The translations under genes were made by a program, and so were the position numbers. DNA of 47,993 nt, taken from Pirellulales bacterium (GTDB taxonomy: Bacteria > Planctomycetota > Planctomycetia > Pirellulales > JAICIG01). Under the pieces are notes generated by a model. That model did no database searches. It worked only from the letters and a program-made list of their open reading frames with translations, and was not told the origin of the DNA. Where the stretch lies: NCBI GenBank assembly GCA_040901675.1, contig JBBDYJ010000034.1, forward strand, positions 1-47,993. The letters are read 5' to 3'. Shown here piece by piece: positions 9,169 through 16,420 of the stretch; the first letter of the stretch is position 1, and each line of letters starts with the position of its first letter.

Positions 9169-9624
9169 CTACCGGCGGCCGCGGAAAGCGCGCTTGTATA
9201 GCCAGCCGATGAGGCGGACCACGAGCCAGCCCACGGTGTAGAGGTAGCAGCCGTAGGCGAAGAGGAGCGCCAAGTAGAGAGGGACGGAATAGATAGAAAC
9301 CGGGAGCGACGAGATGGAGGAATCATCGGCGGACACCTTGGTTATGACCGCGACGACCGCCACAAGGACAAAGACACTTCCAAGGCTCCACTGGTACCAT
9401 CGACCTTGCTTGCGGAAGAATCGCTCCAGCACGAATGCCGTCGGGGCGAGCATGATGGCCGCCACTACTGGCAAGAACCAAATAGGGATCGGATCGACAT
9501 GAACGAGAACGCCGTCGCTCGCACGGTATTCGCGAACGAAGCTCAGGCCAAGTACTGCCGCAGCGACCGGGAGCAATCCAATCCACGTGCCCCAATGCAG
9601 TCGATACCAGCGGCGTTCGGCCAT
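9169..9624 (-). CDS. MAERRWYRLH-family multi-pass membrane protein
   Basis: Start ATG 9624 with TG-n-TATTAT 6 nt upstream; aligns with 328-897 (AFVLE.F, GC..YT.GWLV.RL). Confidence 0.75.
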   Translation of the reverse strand: MAERRWYRLHWGTWIGLLPVAAAVLGLSFVREYRASDGVLVHVDPIPIWFLPVVAAIMLAPTAFVLERFFRKQGRWYQWSLGSVFVLVAVVAVITKVSADDSSISSLPVSIYSVPLYLALLFAYGCYLYTVGWLVVRLIGWLYKRAFRGRR

Positions 9625-9682
9625 GCCGGCATAATACCAGCGACTACCGCAAACAGCGACCTGTTCGCCCACGCCAGATCGC

Positions 9683-9770
9683 TTTCGCCAGCCGGTCGTG
9701 GTCGACCCCGATGGGGTGATCATGGTCGGCCGCAGCCGCTACAAGGCCCGCCCAGAAGCGCGGTCTCGAA
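9683..9770 (+). pseudogene. Internal remnant of a further ParB-N (methylase) gene copy
   Basis: FRQPVVVDPDGVIMVGRSRYKA, then a 1-nt insertion and AQKRGLE, versus FRQPIVVDADGVIIVGHTRYKAAQKLGLA in the 8044 copy. Confidence 0.75.
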
Positions 9771-9808
9771 GGACGTACCGGCGGGGCCGACAGTGCCGCC
9801 TACCTGTG

Positions 9809-10021
9809 TTAGCAGTCGTGCTGCAGAATCGATTCCAACTCCGCGAAGTGCTCGAGCCGGTCTTGGCCTGCCGACTTGGCGCAGAAATCATCGGAGTTTG
9901 CTGCCTGCTCGTACAGCATCCGTGCCTTCTTGTGGTCCTTCTCGACTGATTTTCCGAGGATATAGAAGTCGGCGAGATGAACTAGACAGTTTGCTTCTCC
10001 GAGTGCCATACCCTTCTCGTA
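9809..10021 (-). pseudogene. C-terminal fragment of a Sel1-like-repeat protein
   Basis: YEKGMALGEANCLVHLADFYILGKSVEKDHKKARMLYEQAA fits the SEL1 consensus; it has no start of its own and abuts the stop of the upstream gene. Confidence 0.6.
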
Positions 10022-10022
10022 C

Positions 10023-10331
10023 CTAGGGGTTTGGCACGGGGGTCTCCCGGCGTGCGCAATTGCCCCGCCATACAAGCCATGCTCCGATGCCGAGGAACAC
10101 CGTCGCAACGCCGCCGCTGCTCCAGGTTACAGCGTCGTCCGCTGGACTATCGGCTATGACCGCAATCAGCCCAAGAGCTCCCACGGGCACGACCACCGCG
10201 GCAACGGCATAGCAAAGAGCCGCAAAAAGCTTGCTTCCCAACGGCGCACCTGGGCGATCGACGATTGCCTGGCCATCCCCCGGCGCCCTGTACGGGTTCT
10301 CGGCCTGGCGGTCGTCGGGATGGTCGGGCAC
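10023..10331 (-). CDS. Small 2-TM membrane protein with NPYxAP motif
   Basis: ENPYRAP followed by two TM segments; probable GTG start at 10331 (the track starts at 10352). Confidence 0.65.
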   Translation of the reverse strand: MPDHPDDRQAENPYRAPGDGQAIVDRPGAPLGSKLFAALCYAVAAVVVPVGALGLIAVIADSPADDAVTWSSGGVATVFLGIGAWLVWRGNCARRETPVPNP

Positions 10332-10344
10332 GGCCACGGTAACT

Positions 10345-10467
10345 TCAGTCAATAAACAGCGGAAAAAACAACATCCGGCCCAGCGGCAGTCCCGCGACGC
10401 AAATTACCGCCGCCACCAGCACCAGCCAGAACATCGTCCGCAGGCGGAACTGGAAGGGGGGGGTCAT
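10345..10467 (-). CDS. 40-aa single-TM peptide MTPPFQFRLRTMFWLVLVAAVICVAGLPLGRMLFFPLFID
   Basis: My translation, below the ORF-track cutoff. TAAGCT 6 nt upstream of the ATG; paralogous start at 4207. Confidence 0.55.
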   Translation of the reverse strand: MTPPFQFRLRTMFWLVLVAAVICVAGLPLGRMLFFPLFID

Positions 10468-10517
10468 GCGTTCAGCTTAGCGAGCGGAGGCACGTACAGC
10501 CAGCTTTTGGAACCTTG

Positions 10518-10555
10518 TTGCCGGTCCTTGCCGCAAACCCGACAATGAGGCCATG
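10518..10555 (+). promoter_or_regulatory. Repeated leaderless sigma70-type promoter
   Basis: TTGCCG 10518-10523, 17 bp, GACAAT 10541-10546, ATG 10553. Confidence 0.65.
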
Positions 10556-11635
10556 GACAGCCCCGAGCCAATCAAGCCGCCGAAGCGCCGCCGGCGCTGG
10601 CGCCAGTACAGCATCTCGACGCTGCTGGTCGTGGTGACGATCGTGGGCCTGCTCCTGGCCTTGGTGGTAGTCCCCGCCGAGCGGCAGCGCCGCGTGGTTG
10701 CCGCGATACGCGAGATGAGGGGCTCAATCTCAATACGTTATGACTTCGAGCTGGCCGATGGAAGCCCGGCCAACCCGCCGGGTCCCGAGTGGCTGCGTCG
10801 GATTCTAGGCGTGGATTATCTTGCCGACGTTGTGTACGTCAGGTCATCGGGCATGACCGATCCGATGTGCTCGCACTTGAGCGCGCTGACTGGCCTGCAA
10901 GAGCTGCACGTGGATTACACGGACATCACTGATGTTGGCCTGGCGCACCTGGCGAGGCTGACGAGCTTGGAAGGGCTGAACCTGGCCGGTACTCAGGTCA
11001 CAGACGCTGGCCTTGCGTATCTGGCGGGGCTGACGAGCCTGCAAAAGCTGGACCTGGATTACACGGAAGTCAGCAATGTTGGCCTGTCGCATCTGGTGGG
11101 CCTAGCGAGCCTCAAAGAGCTGCAACTGCGTCGCACGCAGGTCACTGATGCTGGCCTGGCGCACCTAGCGGGGCTAATGAGCCTCGAAGAGCTATACTTG
11201 AATCACACGCAGATCACCGACGCCGGCCTTGCGCACTTGGCCGGACTGACGGGTCTGAGAGAGCTTCACCTGTGGGCCACGCACGTCACCGATGCTGGCC
11301 TGTCGCAGCTAGCCCGGCTGACGAGCCTGCAAGGGCTTGAACTGGGTGACACGCACGTCACGGACGCCGGCCTTGTGGATCTGACCAGGTTGACGAGCCT
11401 AAAAAGGTTGTTGCTGTTCAAGACGCAGGTCACCGACGCTGGCCTGGAGCACTTGGAAGAGCTGACGAGCCTAAAAGAGCTGTACCTGAACGACACGCAG
11501 ATCACCGACGCTGGACTTGCCCGCATGGAAGGGCTGACGACCTTAAGCGAACTGGACCTCCGTAACACGCAGGTCACGGTCGAGGGTTGCGACAAGCTGC
11601 GACAGGCCCTTCCGGACTGTCAGGTTCGTCACTAG
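10553..11635 (+). CDS. Membrane-anchored LRR protein (9 repeats plus terminal cap repeat)
   Basis: Same leader and caps as 6335; 24-aa repeats. Confidence 0.92.
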   Translation: MDSPEPIKPPKRRRRWRQYSISTLLVVVTIVGLLLALVVVPAERQRRVVAAIREMRGSISIRYDFELADGSPANPPGPEWLRRILGVDYLADVVYVRSSGMTDPMCSHLSALTGLQELHVDYTDITDVGLAHLARLTSLEGLNLAGTQVTDAGLAYLAGLTSLQKLDLDYTEVSNVGLSHLVGLASLKELQLRRTQVTDAGLAHLAGLMSLEELYLNHTQITDAGLAHLAGLTGLRELHLWATHVTDAGLSQLARLTSLQGLELGDTHVTDAGLVDLTRLTSLKRLLLFKTQVTDAGLEHLEELTSLKELYLNDTQITDAGLARMEGLTTLSELDLRNTQVTVEGCDKLRQALPDCQVRH

Positions 11636-11689
11636 AGCATCCCCACGGACGGAGACGGGGCGGTGGCCAGACGGCACCGGCGCATCATG

Positions 11690-11727
11690 TTGCAGCCTCC
11701 TGCCGCAAACCGAGAATGACCGGCATG
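11690..11727 (+). promoter_or_regulatory. Repeated leaderless sigma70-type promoter (variant)
   Basis: TTGCAG 11690-11695, 16 bp, GAGAAT 11712-11717, ATG 11725. Confidence 0.6.
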
Positions 11728-12801
11728 GAACGACCGGAGCCAAGTCAACCGCCGAAGCGCTGCCGCCGGTGGCGCCAGTTCAGCCTCTCGACGCTGCTGG
11801 TCGTGGTGACCATCGTGGGCGTCGGCCTGGCCCTGGTGGTCGTCCCCGCCGAGCGGCAGCGGCGAGCGGTGGCCGCGATACGCGAGTTGGGGGGCACGGT
11901 ACGGTATGACTTCGAGGAATCTTCGTCGCCCGCGGTGGACGGAGAATTGCCGGGCCCTGACTGGCTGTATCGCATTCTGGGCGTGGACTATCTGGCCGAC
12001 GTAGTGGCTGTCCGCGTATTGACCGATGCGACATGCTCGCACCTCAGCGCATTGACGAGCCTCCAAGGGCTCGACCTGGGTGGCAGCCAGATCACCAACG
12101 TTGGCCTGGCCCACGCCGCCAAGCTCACGAACCTGCAATGGCTGCTTCTGGACCGCACGGAGGTCACGGACACTGGCATGGGTCACCTGGCAGGGCTGAC
12201 GAGCCTGCAAGTGCTGAACCTGAGTGGCACACAGGTCACCGACGCCGGCCTGGCGCATGTGGCGAGGCTGACGAGCCTGCAAGAGCTGAACCTGAGTGGC
12301 ACGCAGGTCACCGACGCCGGGGTGGCGCATGTGGCGAGGCTGACGAGCCTGCAAGAGCTGGACCTGATCGACGTGCAGGTTAGCGACGCCGGCCTGGCGC
12401 ATCTGGGCGGGCTGACGAGCCTGCAAGAGCTGCACCTGAGTGGCCTGGAGGTCACCGACGCCGGCCTGGCGCATCTGGCGGGGCGGACGAGCTTGCAATG
12501 GCTAACCCTGGACGGCACGTACATCACGGACATCGGCATGGTTCACCTGGCAAGGCTGACGAGCCTGCAAGTGCTTGACCTCACCGACACGCAGGTCACC
12601 GACGCCGGCCTTGCGCATTTGTCCCGGCTGACGAGCTTGCGATCCCTTTGGCTGCAGGACACACAGGTTACCGATGCCGGCCTTGCGCACGTGGCGGGGC
12701 TGAAGAGCCTGGTACAGCTTGCGCTGGGTGGCACACAGGTAACCGATGAGGGTTGCGACAAGTTGCGACAGGCCTTGCCGCGATGTCGGATTTATCGCTA
12801 G
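11725..12801 (+). CDS. Membrane-anchored LRR protein (9 repeats plus terminal cap repeat)
   Basis: MERPEPSQPPKRCRRWRQFSLSTLLVV leader; 24-aa repeats, with repeats 3 and 4 near-identical at DNA level. Confidence 0.92.
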   Translation: MERPEPSQPPKRCRRWRQFSLSTLLVVVTIVGVGLALVVVPAERQRRAVAAIRELGGTVRYDFEESSSPAVDGELPGPDWLYRILGVDYLADVVAVRVLTDATCSHLSALTSLQGLDLGGSQITNVGLAHAAKLTNLQWLLLDRTEVTDTGMGHLAGLTSLQVLNLSGTQVTDAGLAHVARLTSLQELNLSGTQVTDAGVAHVARLTSLQELDLIDVQVSDAGLAHLGGLTSLQELHLSGLEVTDAGLAHLAGRTSLQWLTLDGTYITDIGMVHLARLTSLQVLDLTDTQVTDAGLAHLSRLTSLRSLWLQDTQVTDAGLAHVAGLKSLVQLALGGTQVTDEGCDKLRQALPRCRIYR

Positions 12802-12853
12802 AGGGTCCGCCACGGGCGGGCGTTTCTTTTGCGCGGATGGTAGAATCACAGCC

Positions 12854-13105
12854 ATGGACCTTGGCCTTCTCGCCTTTGCATCCCTGGTGGCCATCCTCTG
12901 GGCTGTGGAATCCCGCGCAGGCGTCATGAGAACGGCGATTGATGGTGCTGTGATCGGCCTGATTGCAGCGGGCCTCCTGGTCTTGCTCCTACCGGTGGAG
13001 TATTCCATGAGAGCAAGCACTCGCGATCAGTGGCAATTATTCGCCACGATCGGAGCACTTCTCGCCGCAACAGGAGCATGGCTCGGCTGGAACCGCCGCC
13101 ACTGA
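12854..13105 (+). CDS. Small 3-TM hypothetical protein
   Basis: TG-n-TAGAAT (12841-12846) 7 nt upstream of ATG 12854; three hydrophobic segments. Confidence 0.65.
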   Translation: MDLGLLAFASLVAILWAVESRAGVMRTAIDGAVIGLIAAGLLVLLLPVEYSMRASTRDQWQLFATIGALLAATGAWLGWNRRH

Positions 13106-13115
13106 CAACGCCGAC

Positions 13116-13341
13116 TCCGCTAGCCTTTCCTCCACCGAATCGCCTAAACTGCAGTTAGAGTTCGCGGTCGGACCTGGCACCGCGATCCGCCGCCCTGGGT
13201 TACCCGGGGCCGCGCTCCGCATCTCGGAGCCGCCAGCACAGCCCTTGTGCCGGAGGTTCCCGTGCGCATCGAGATGCGGCCCATCGATTCCATCCGCCCC
13301 TATCCGGGCAACCCGCGGATCAACGACGATGCGGTGGACGC
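13116..13341 (+). repeat. ~225-bp direct repeat, copy 2
   Basis: Highly similar to 7900-8123. Confidence 0.9.
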
Positions 13342-13345
13342 TTGA
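13262..13345 (+). pseudogene. First 27 codons of a ParB-N methylase gene copy
   Basis: MRIEMRPIDSIRPYPGNPRINDDAVDA then TGA. Confidence 0.8.
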
Positions 13346-13365
13346 CCGGTCACCAGAGAAAGCGC

Positions 13366-13848
13366 TCACGAAGCCGAAGATGAAGGTTCAGCCGGTGGAG
13401 GCGCGACGTAACTCGCTGGCCGCGATCTTGCAGGGGCCGGTTTACCGGATCGGGCCGACGGCGACCGTGCGGCCCGCTTCCGAAGCGGCTTCTTGCCGTT
13501 TCGGCTCTCGACTGCCCGTTCAATATCCTCTGAGGATCCATCGTAGAACGTATAAAGCCCTGCCTGGGCATCGTTGACCCCTTGCCTCGCTATGAAGTAT
13601 CGCTGCCGGGCCTCTGCCTCGGCTGCGGTCGCGGAATCCGTTTCGTGCTGAATCAGTGCCGAATTAACCTTTCGCCAATCACTGAGCGCCTGGTCTCGCT
13701 CGTATATTGCCGTGTCGATGGCGTTCCAGACTCGATCTTCGCGCCACTCCAGGTAGCGAACCACAAGCCAAGGGGACACTCCGAGGACCAACATGGCCAG
13801 GAGCAGCGTCCGCATTCCAAACTGAAATCGCCCCGGACAGCGCATCAT
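13366..13848 (-). CDS. Membrane-anchored hypothetical protein with FQFGMRTLL leader
   Basis: [21 protein letters not shown] followed by a helical soluble region. Confidence 0.7.
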   Translation of the reverse strand: MMRCPGRFQFGMRTLLLAMLVLGVSPWLVVRYLEWREDRVWNAIDTAIYERDQALSDWRKVNSALIQHETDSATAAEAEARQRYFIARQGVNDAQAGLYTFYDGSSEDIERAVESRNGKKPLRKRAARSPSARSGKPAPARSRPASYVAPPPAEPSSSAS

Positions 13849-13877
13849 CAGGCCCTCTGGAATATCCGGAATTGAAG

Positions 13878-13951
13878 TATCCCCGAGAGGGCTCGAACCT
13901 CTAACCTTCGGCTCCGGAGGCCGACGCTCTATCCAATTGAGCTACGGGGAC
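13878..13951 (-). tRNA. tRNA-Arg (anticodon CCG), CCA not encoded
   Basis: Reverse complement GTCCCCGTAGCTCAATTGGATAGAGCGTCGGCCTCCGGAGCCGAAGGTTAGAGGTTCGAGCCCTCTCGGGGATA folds as a cloverleaf with loop CTCCGGA and GTTCGAG T-loop. Confidence 0.97.
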
Positions 13952-14093
13952 AAGGGCGGAAGAACGAAGCAGCTATCGTCCCTAAGGGCCTCATTTTAGA
14001 AGGGTTGCGGACAAAGGTGAAGGGGGCAGGGAAGGCAGAGGGCAGAAGGACGAAGGAAGAATAGGACGGGTGCCGGGGCACCGCCCAAAAGTC

Positions 14094-14418
14094 GGGCGAA
14101 TTCCCGCTACGGCGACCCCGACCGGCCCGGGATTCTGGCGAATCCCGCTACCGGGCGAGGGCCAAATCGCGATGCCAGCAGGCGCCGCCCAGGGGCGTGC
14201 TATTGACTGGAAATCATGGCGGGCTTATTCATAGCCGCCCCGTTTTGTGCGTGAACGCACAAAGGAAGGGGGGAGCGGGGGAAGGGGGGATGGGGGAATG
14301 CCGACAAGGGGACAAGGCGACAAGGCGAACGGACGCGGCGGCATGGCCGCGGGCCTAAGACCGGATGAATCCGGTCACTACGAACGATACGGCCGGAATT
14401 CTGGCGAATTCCGCTACG
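14094..14418. repeat. REP-like family B (GGAATTCTGGCGAATTCCGCTACG; GTAG-type on the minus strand)
   Basis: Copies near 14094, 14129-14151 and 14395-14418; partial copy at 15931. Confidence 0.7.
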
Positions 14419-14689
14419 CAATACGGACCTGACCGGATGAATCCGGTCACTACGAACAGCCTTCAGCAGGAATTAAGATGGCATGGATGCCAAGCGAAGA
14501 GAAGACCGGATGAATCCGGGGCACTGCGAAGAGGACCGGATGAATCCGGTCATTACGAATGAGCCGGCTCACGTCCCGGACTTCGGCGAGCTCAGTCGAG
14601 CCGCGCGCCGGGATGAGCAACACTTTACGAAGGACCCCATAAATGGGGCCACGACAAACGAGGACCGGATGAATCCGGTCACTACGAAC
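14359..14689. repeat. REP-like family A, five direct copies of GACCGGATGAATCCGGTCACTACGAAC
   Basis: Copies at 14359, 14431, 14504 (degenerate), 14534 and 14663; palindromic core; the reverse complement contains GTAG 5' of the hairpin. Confidence 0.85.
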
Positions 14690-15910
14690 GGGGTGCCGCT
14701 GGTCGATGTGCAGCGGCAGTTCGCCGAACTCGAAGAAGAACTGTTGGCGGCCGTCCAACGCGTCTGCAAGTCGGGACGCTTCGTGCTGGGTCCGGATTGC
14801 CAACAACTCGAAGAAGCAATCGCCGGCTATTGCCAGGCTAAACATGCCGTCGCCTGCGCTTCGGGCAGCGATGCGCTCCTGCTGGCATTGATGGCGCACG
14901 ACGTGGGGCCGGGCGACGAAGTCGTCATGCCCAGCTATACGTTCTTCGCCACCGCGGCCGCAGCCGCCAGACTGGGCGCCAAGCCGGTGTTTACGGATAT
15001 CGAACCGGACCACTTCAACCTGGCGCCGGAACTGGTCGAGGCGGCCATCACGCCGAAAACCAAGGCCATCCTGCCGGTCCACCTCTACGGACAATGCGCG
15101 GATATGGCGCCGCTGGCCGCCGTGGCCGAACGGCACGGCCTGCCGATCATCGAGGATGCCGCCCAGGCGATCGGCGCGGAATATTTTGGCAAACGGGCGG
15201 GCGCTATCGGCGACGTGGGCTGCTTCAGCTTCTATCCGACCAAAAACCTGGGCTGCTTCGGCGACGGCGGCATGCTGACCACCAACTCGGATCCGCTGGC
15301 CGCCCGGCTGAAGCTGCTCCGCGTGCACGGCATGGAGCCGCGGTACCACCACCAGCAACTGGGGATCAATAGCCGGCTGGATAGCATCCAGGCCGCCGTG
15401 CTCAACGTGAAACTAAAGCACCTCGACCGCTGGACCGGCCTGAGACAAGGCCTGGCCGCCCGCTACCACGAGCTGTTCGGCGGCTGCGGCCTGGACGACG
15501 TGATCGGCCGCCCCTCGGCCGCGACGAACTGCCGGCACGTGTGGAACCAGTACGTGATCCGCGTGCTCGACGGCCGGCGCGACGCGCTGCGGCAACACCT
15601 GGCCGAGCGGAAGATCGGCACGGAGATCTACTACCCCGTGCCGCTGCACGCCCAGCAGTGCTTCGCGTACCTGGGCTATAAGGCCGGCAGCCTGCCGGAA
15701 ACGGAGCGGGCGGCCCGCGAGACACTGGCCCTGCCGATCTTTCCCGAGCTCACGGCCGCCGAGCAGCTCTCGGTGGTGCGGGAAACGGCCGCCTTCTTCG
15801 GCCGCTCGCTGCCGGCGGGCGGCCATCCGCTGGAAGGACCGAAGTTCTTGAAGAGGAAAGGGGAGCGAGGAAGGCAGAAGGCAGAAGGCAGAAGGCAGAA
15901 GGAAGAATAG
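14669..15910 (+). CDS. DegT/DnrJ/EryC1/StrS-family PLP-dependent sugar aminotransferase
   Basis: ASGSDALLLAL, IIEDAAQAIG, FSFYPTKNLG, NSRLDSIQAA motifs. The start is uncertain (14483, 14669 or 14693) because REPs occupy the 5' end. Confidence 0.9.
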   Translation: MNPVTTNGVPLVDVQRQFAELEEELLAAVQRVCKSGRFVLGPDCQQLEEAIAGYCQAKHAVACASGSDALLLALMAHDVGPGDEVVMPSYTFFATAAAAARLGAKPVFTDIEPDHFNLAPELVEAAITPKTKAILPVHLYGQCADMAPLAAVAERHGLPIIEDAAQAIGAEYFGKRAGAIGDVGCFSFYPTKNLGCFGDGGMLTTNSDPLAARLKLLRVHGMEPRYHHQQLGINSRLDSIQAAVLNVKLKHLDRWTGLRQGLAARYHELFGGCGLDDVIGRPSAATNCRHVWNQYVIRVLDGRRDALRQHLAERKIGTEIYYPVPLHAQQCFAYLGYKAGSLPETERAARETLALPIFPELTAAEQLSVVRETAAFFGRSLPAGGHPLEGPKFLKRKGERGRQKAEGRRQKEE

Positions 15911-16065
15911 AACGCGGGGCGACACCGGCCGGAATTCTGGCGATCCCCCCTTCTCGTTCTCCTTGTCGCCTTGTCGCCGTGTCCCCTTGTCGGGATTCCC
16001 TCCTCCCCCCATCACCCCTTCCCCCGCTCCCCCCTTCTCCCCTTCCCGTCTGCCCCTTCCCGACT

Positions 16066-16302
16066 TCACTCGCTGGGGCCGGCGGGCTGCTCGATGGGCT
16101 TCACCTCGTCGCGGCGACGAGCGGACTTGCAGACGATGATCAACCCAAAGGCGATCAACATCACCACCAGAAAGTAAGGACCGACGTAGCTCTTGTCCGC
16201 CTCGGCGACCTCCGTCTGTGCCCAGGCCACCGCGGGCGACCAGGCCGCCAGAACGGCGGTGAAGGCCACGAGCATATTACGAAGCATCCGCAGGAAGTTC
16301 AT
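16066..16302 (-). CDS. Small secreted/membrane protein
   Basis: AGGAG RBS, signal peptide ending AVAWA, C-terminal TM followed by KSARR. Confidence 0.7.
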   Translation of the reverse strand: MNFLRMLRNMLVAFTAVLAAWSPAVAWAQTEVAEADKSYVGPYFLVVMLIAFGLIIVCKSARRRDEVKPIEQPAGPSE

Positions 16303-16321
16303 CCGTCACTCCTTATAATCA

Positions 16322-16356
16322 CTGGGGCACGCTTATCGCTTTGCCCCAGCCACCCG
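16322..16356. repeat. REP-like family E (CTGGGGCACGCT-loop-CGCTTTGCCCCAGCCACCCG); other copies at 18798-18855, 21410-21444, 29307-29341 and 47923-47956
   Basis: Five dispersed intergenic copies in both orientations. Confidence 0.8.
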
Positions 16357-16420
16357 CCACCCACGATTCTGCCCACCGTCCACTGACCACTATCCACCGA
16401 CCACCGACCACTGGCCCCGG

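Noticed and set aside
5585..12801. Diversity-generating retroelement acting on the LRR genes
   Set aside because: No reverse transcriptase or TR/VR pair in the window, and differences between repeats are not confined to adenines.
4400..13870. Integron cassette array
   Set aside because: Genes lie on both strands and carry their own promoters; I found no RYYYAAC...GTTRRRY attC folds and no intI.
14359..14689. Five palindromic 27-bp direct repeats as a CRISPR array
   Set aside because: Spacers are about 45, 46, 3 and 102 nt and contain other repeats; there are no cas genes; the GTAG-plus-hairpin form fits REP elements.
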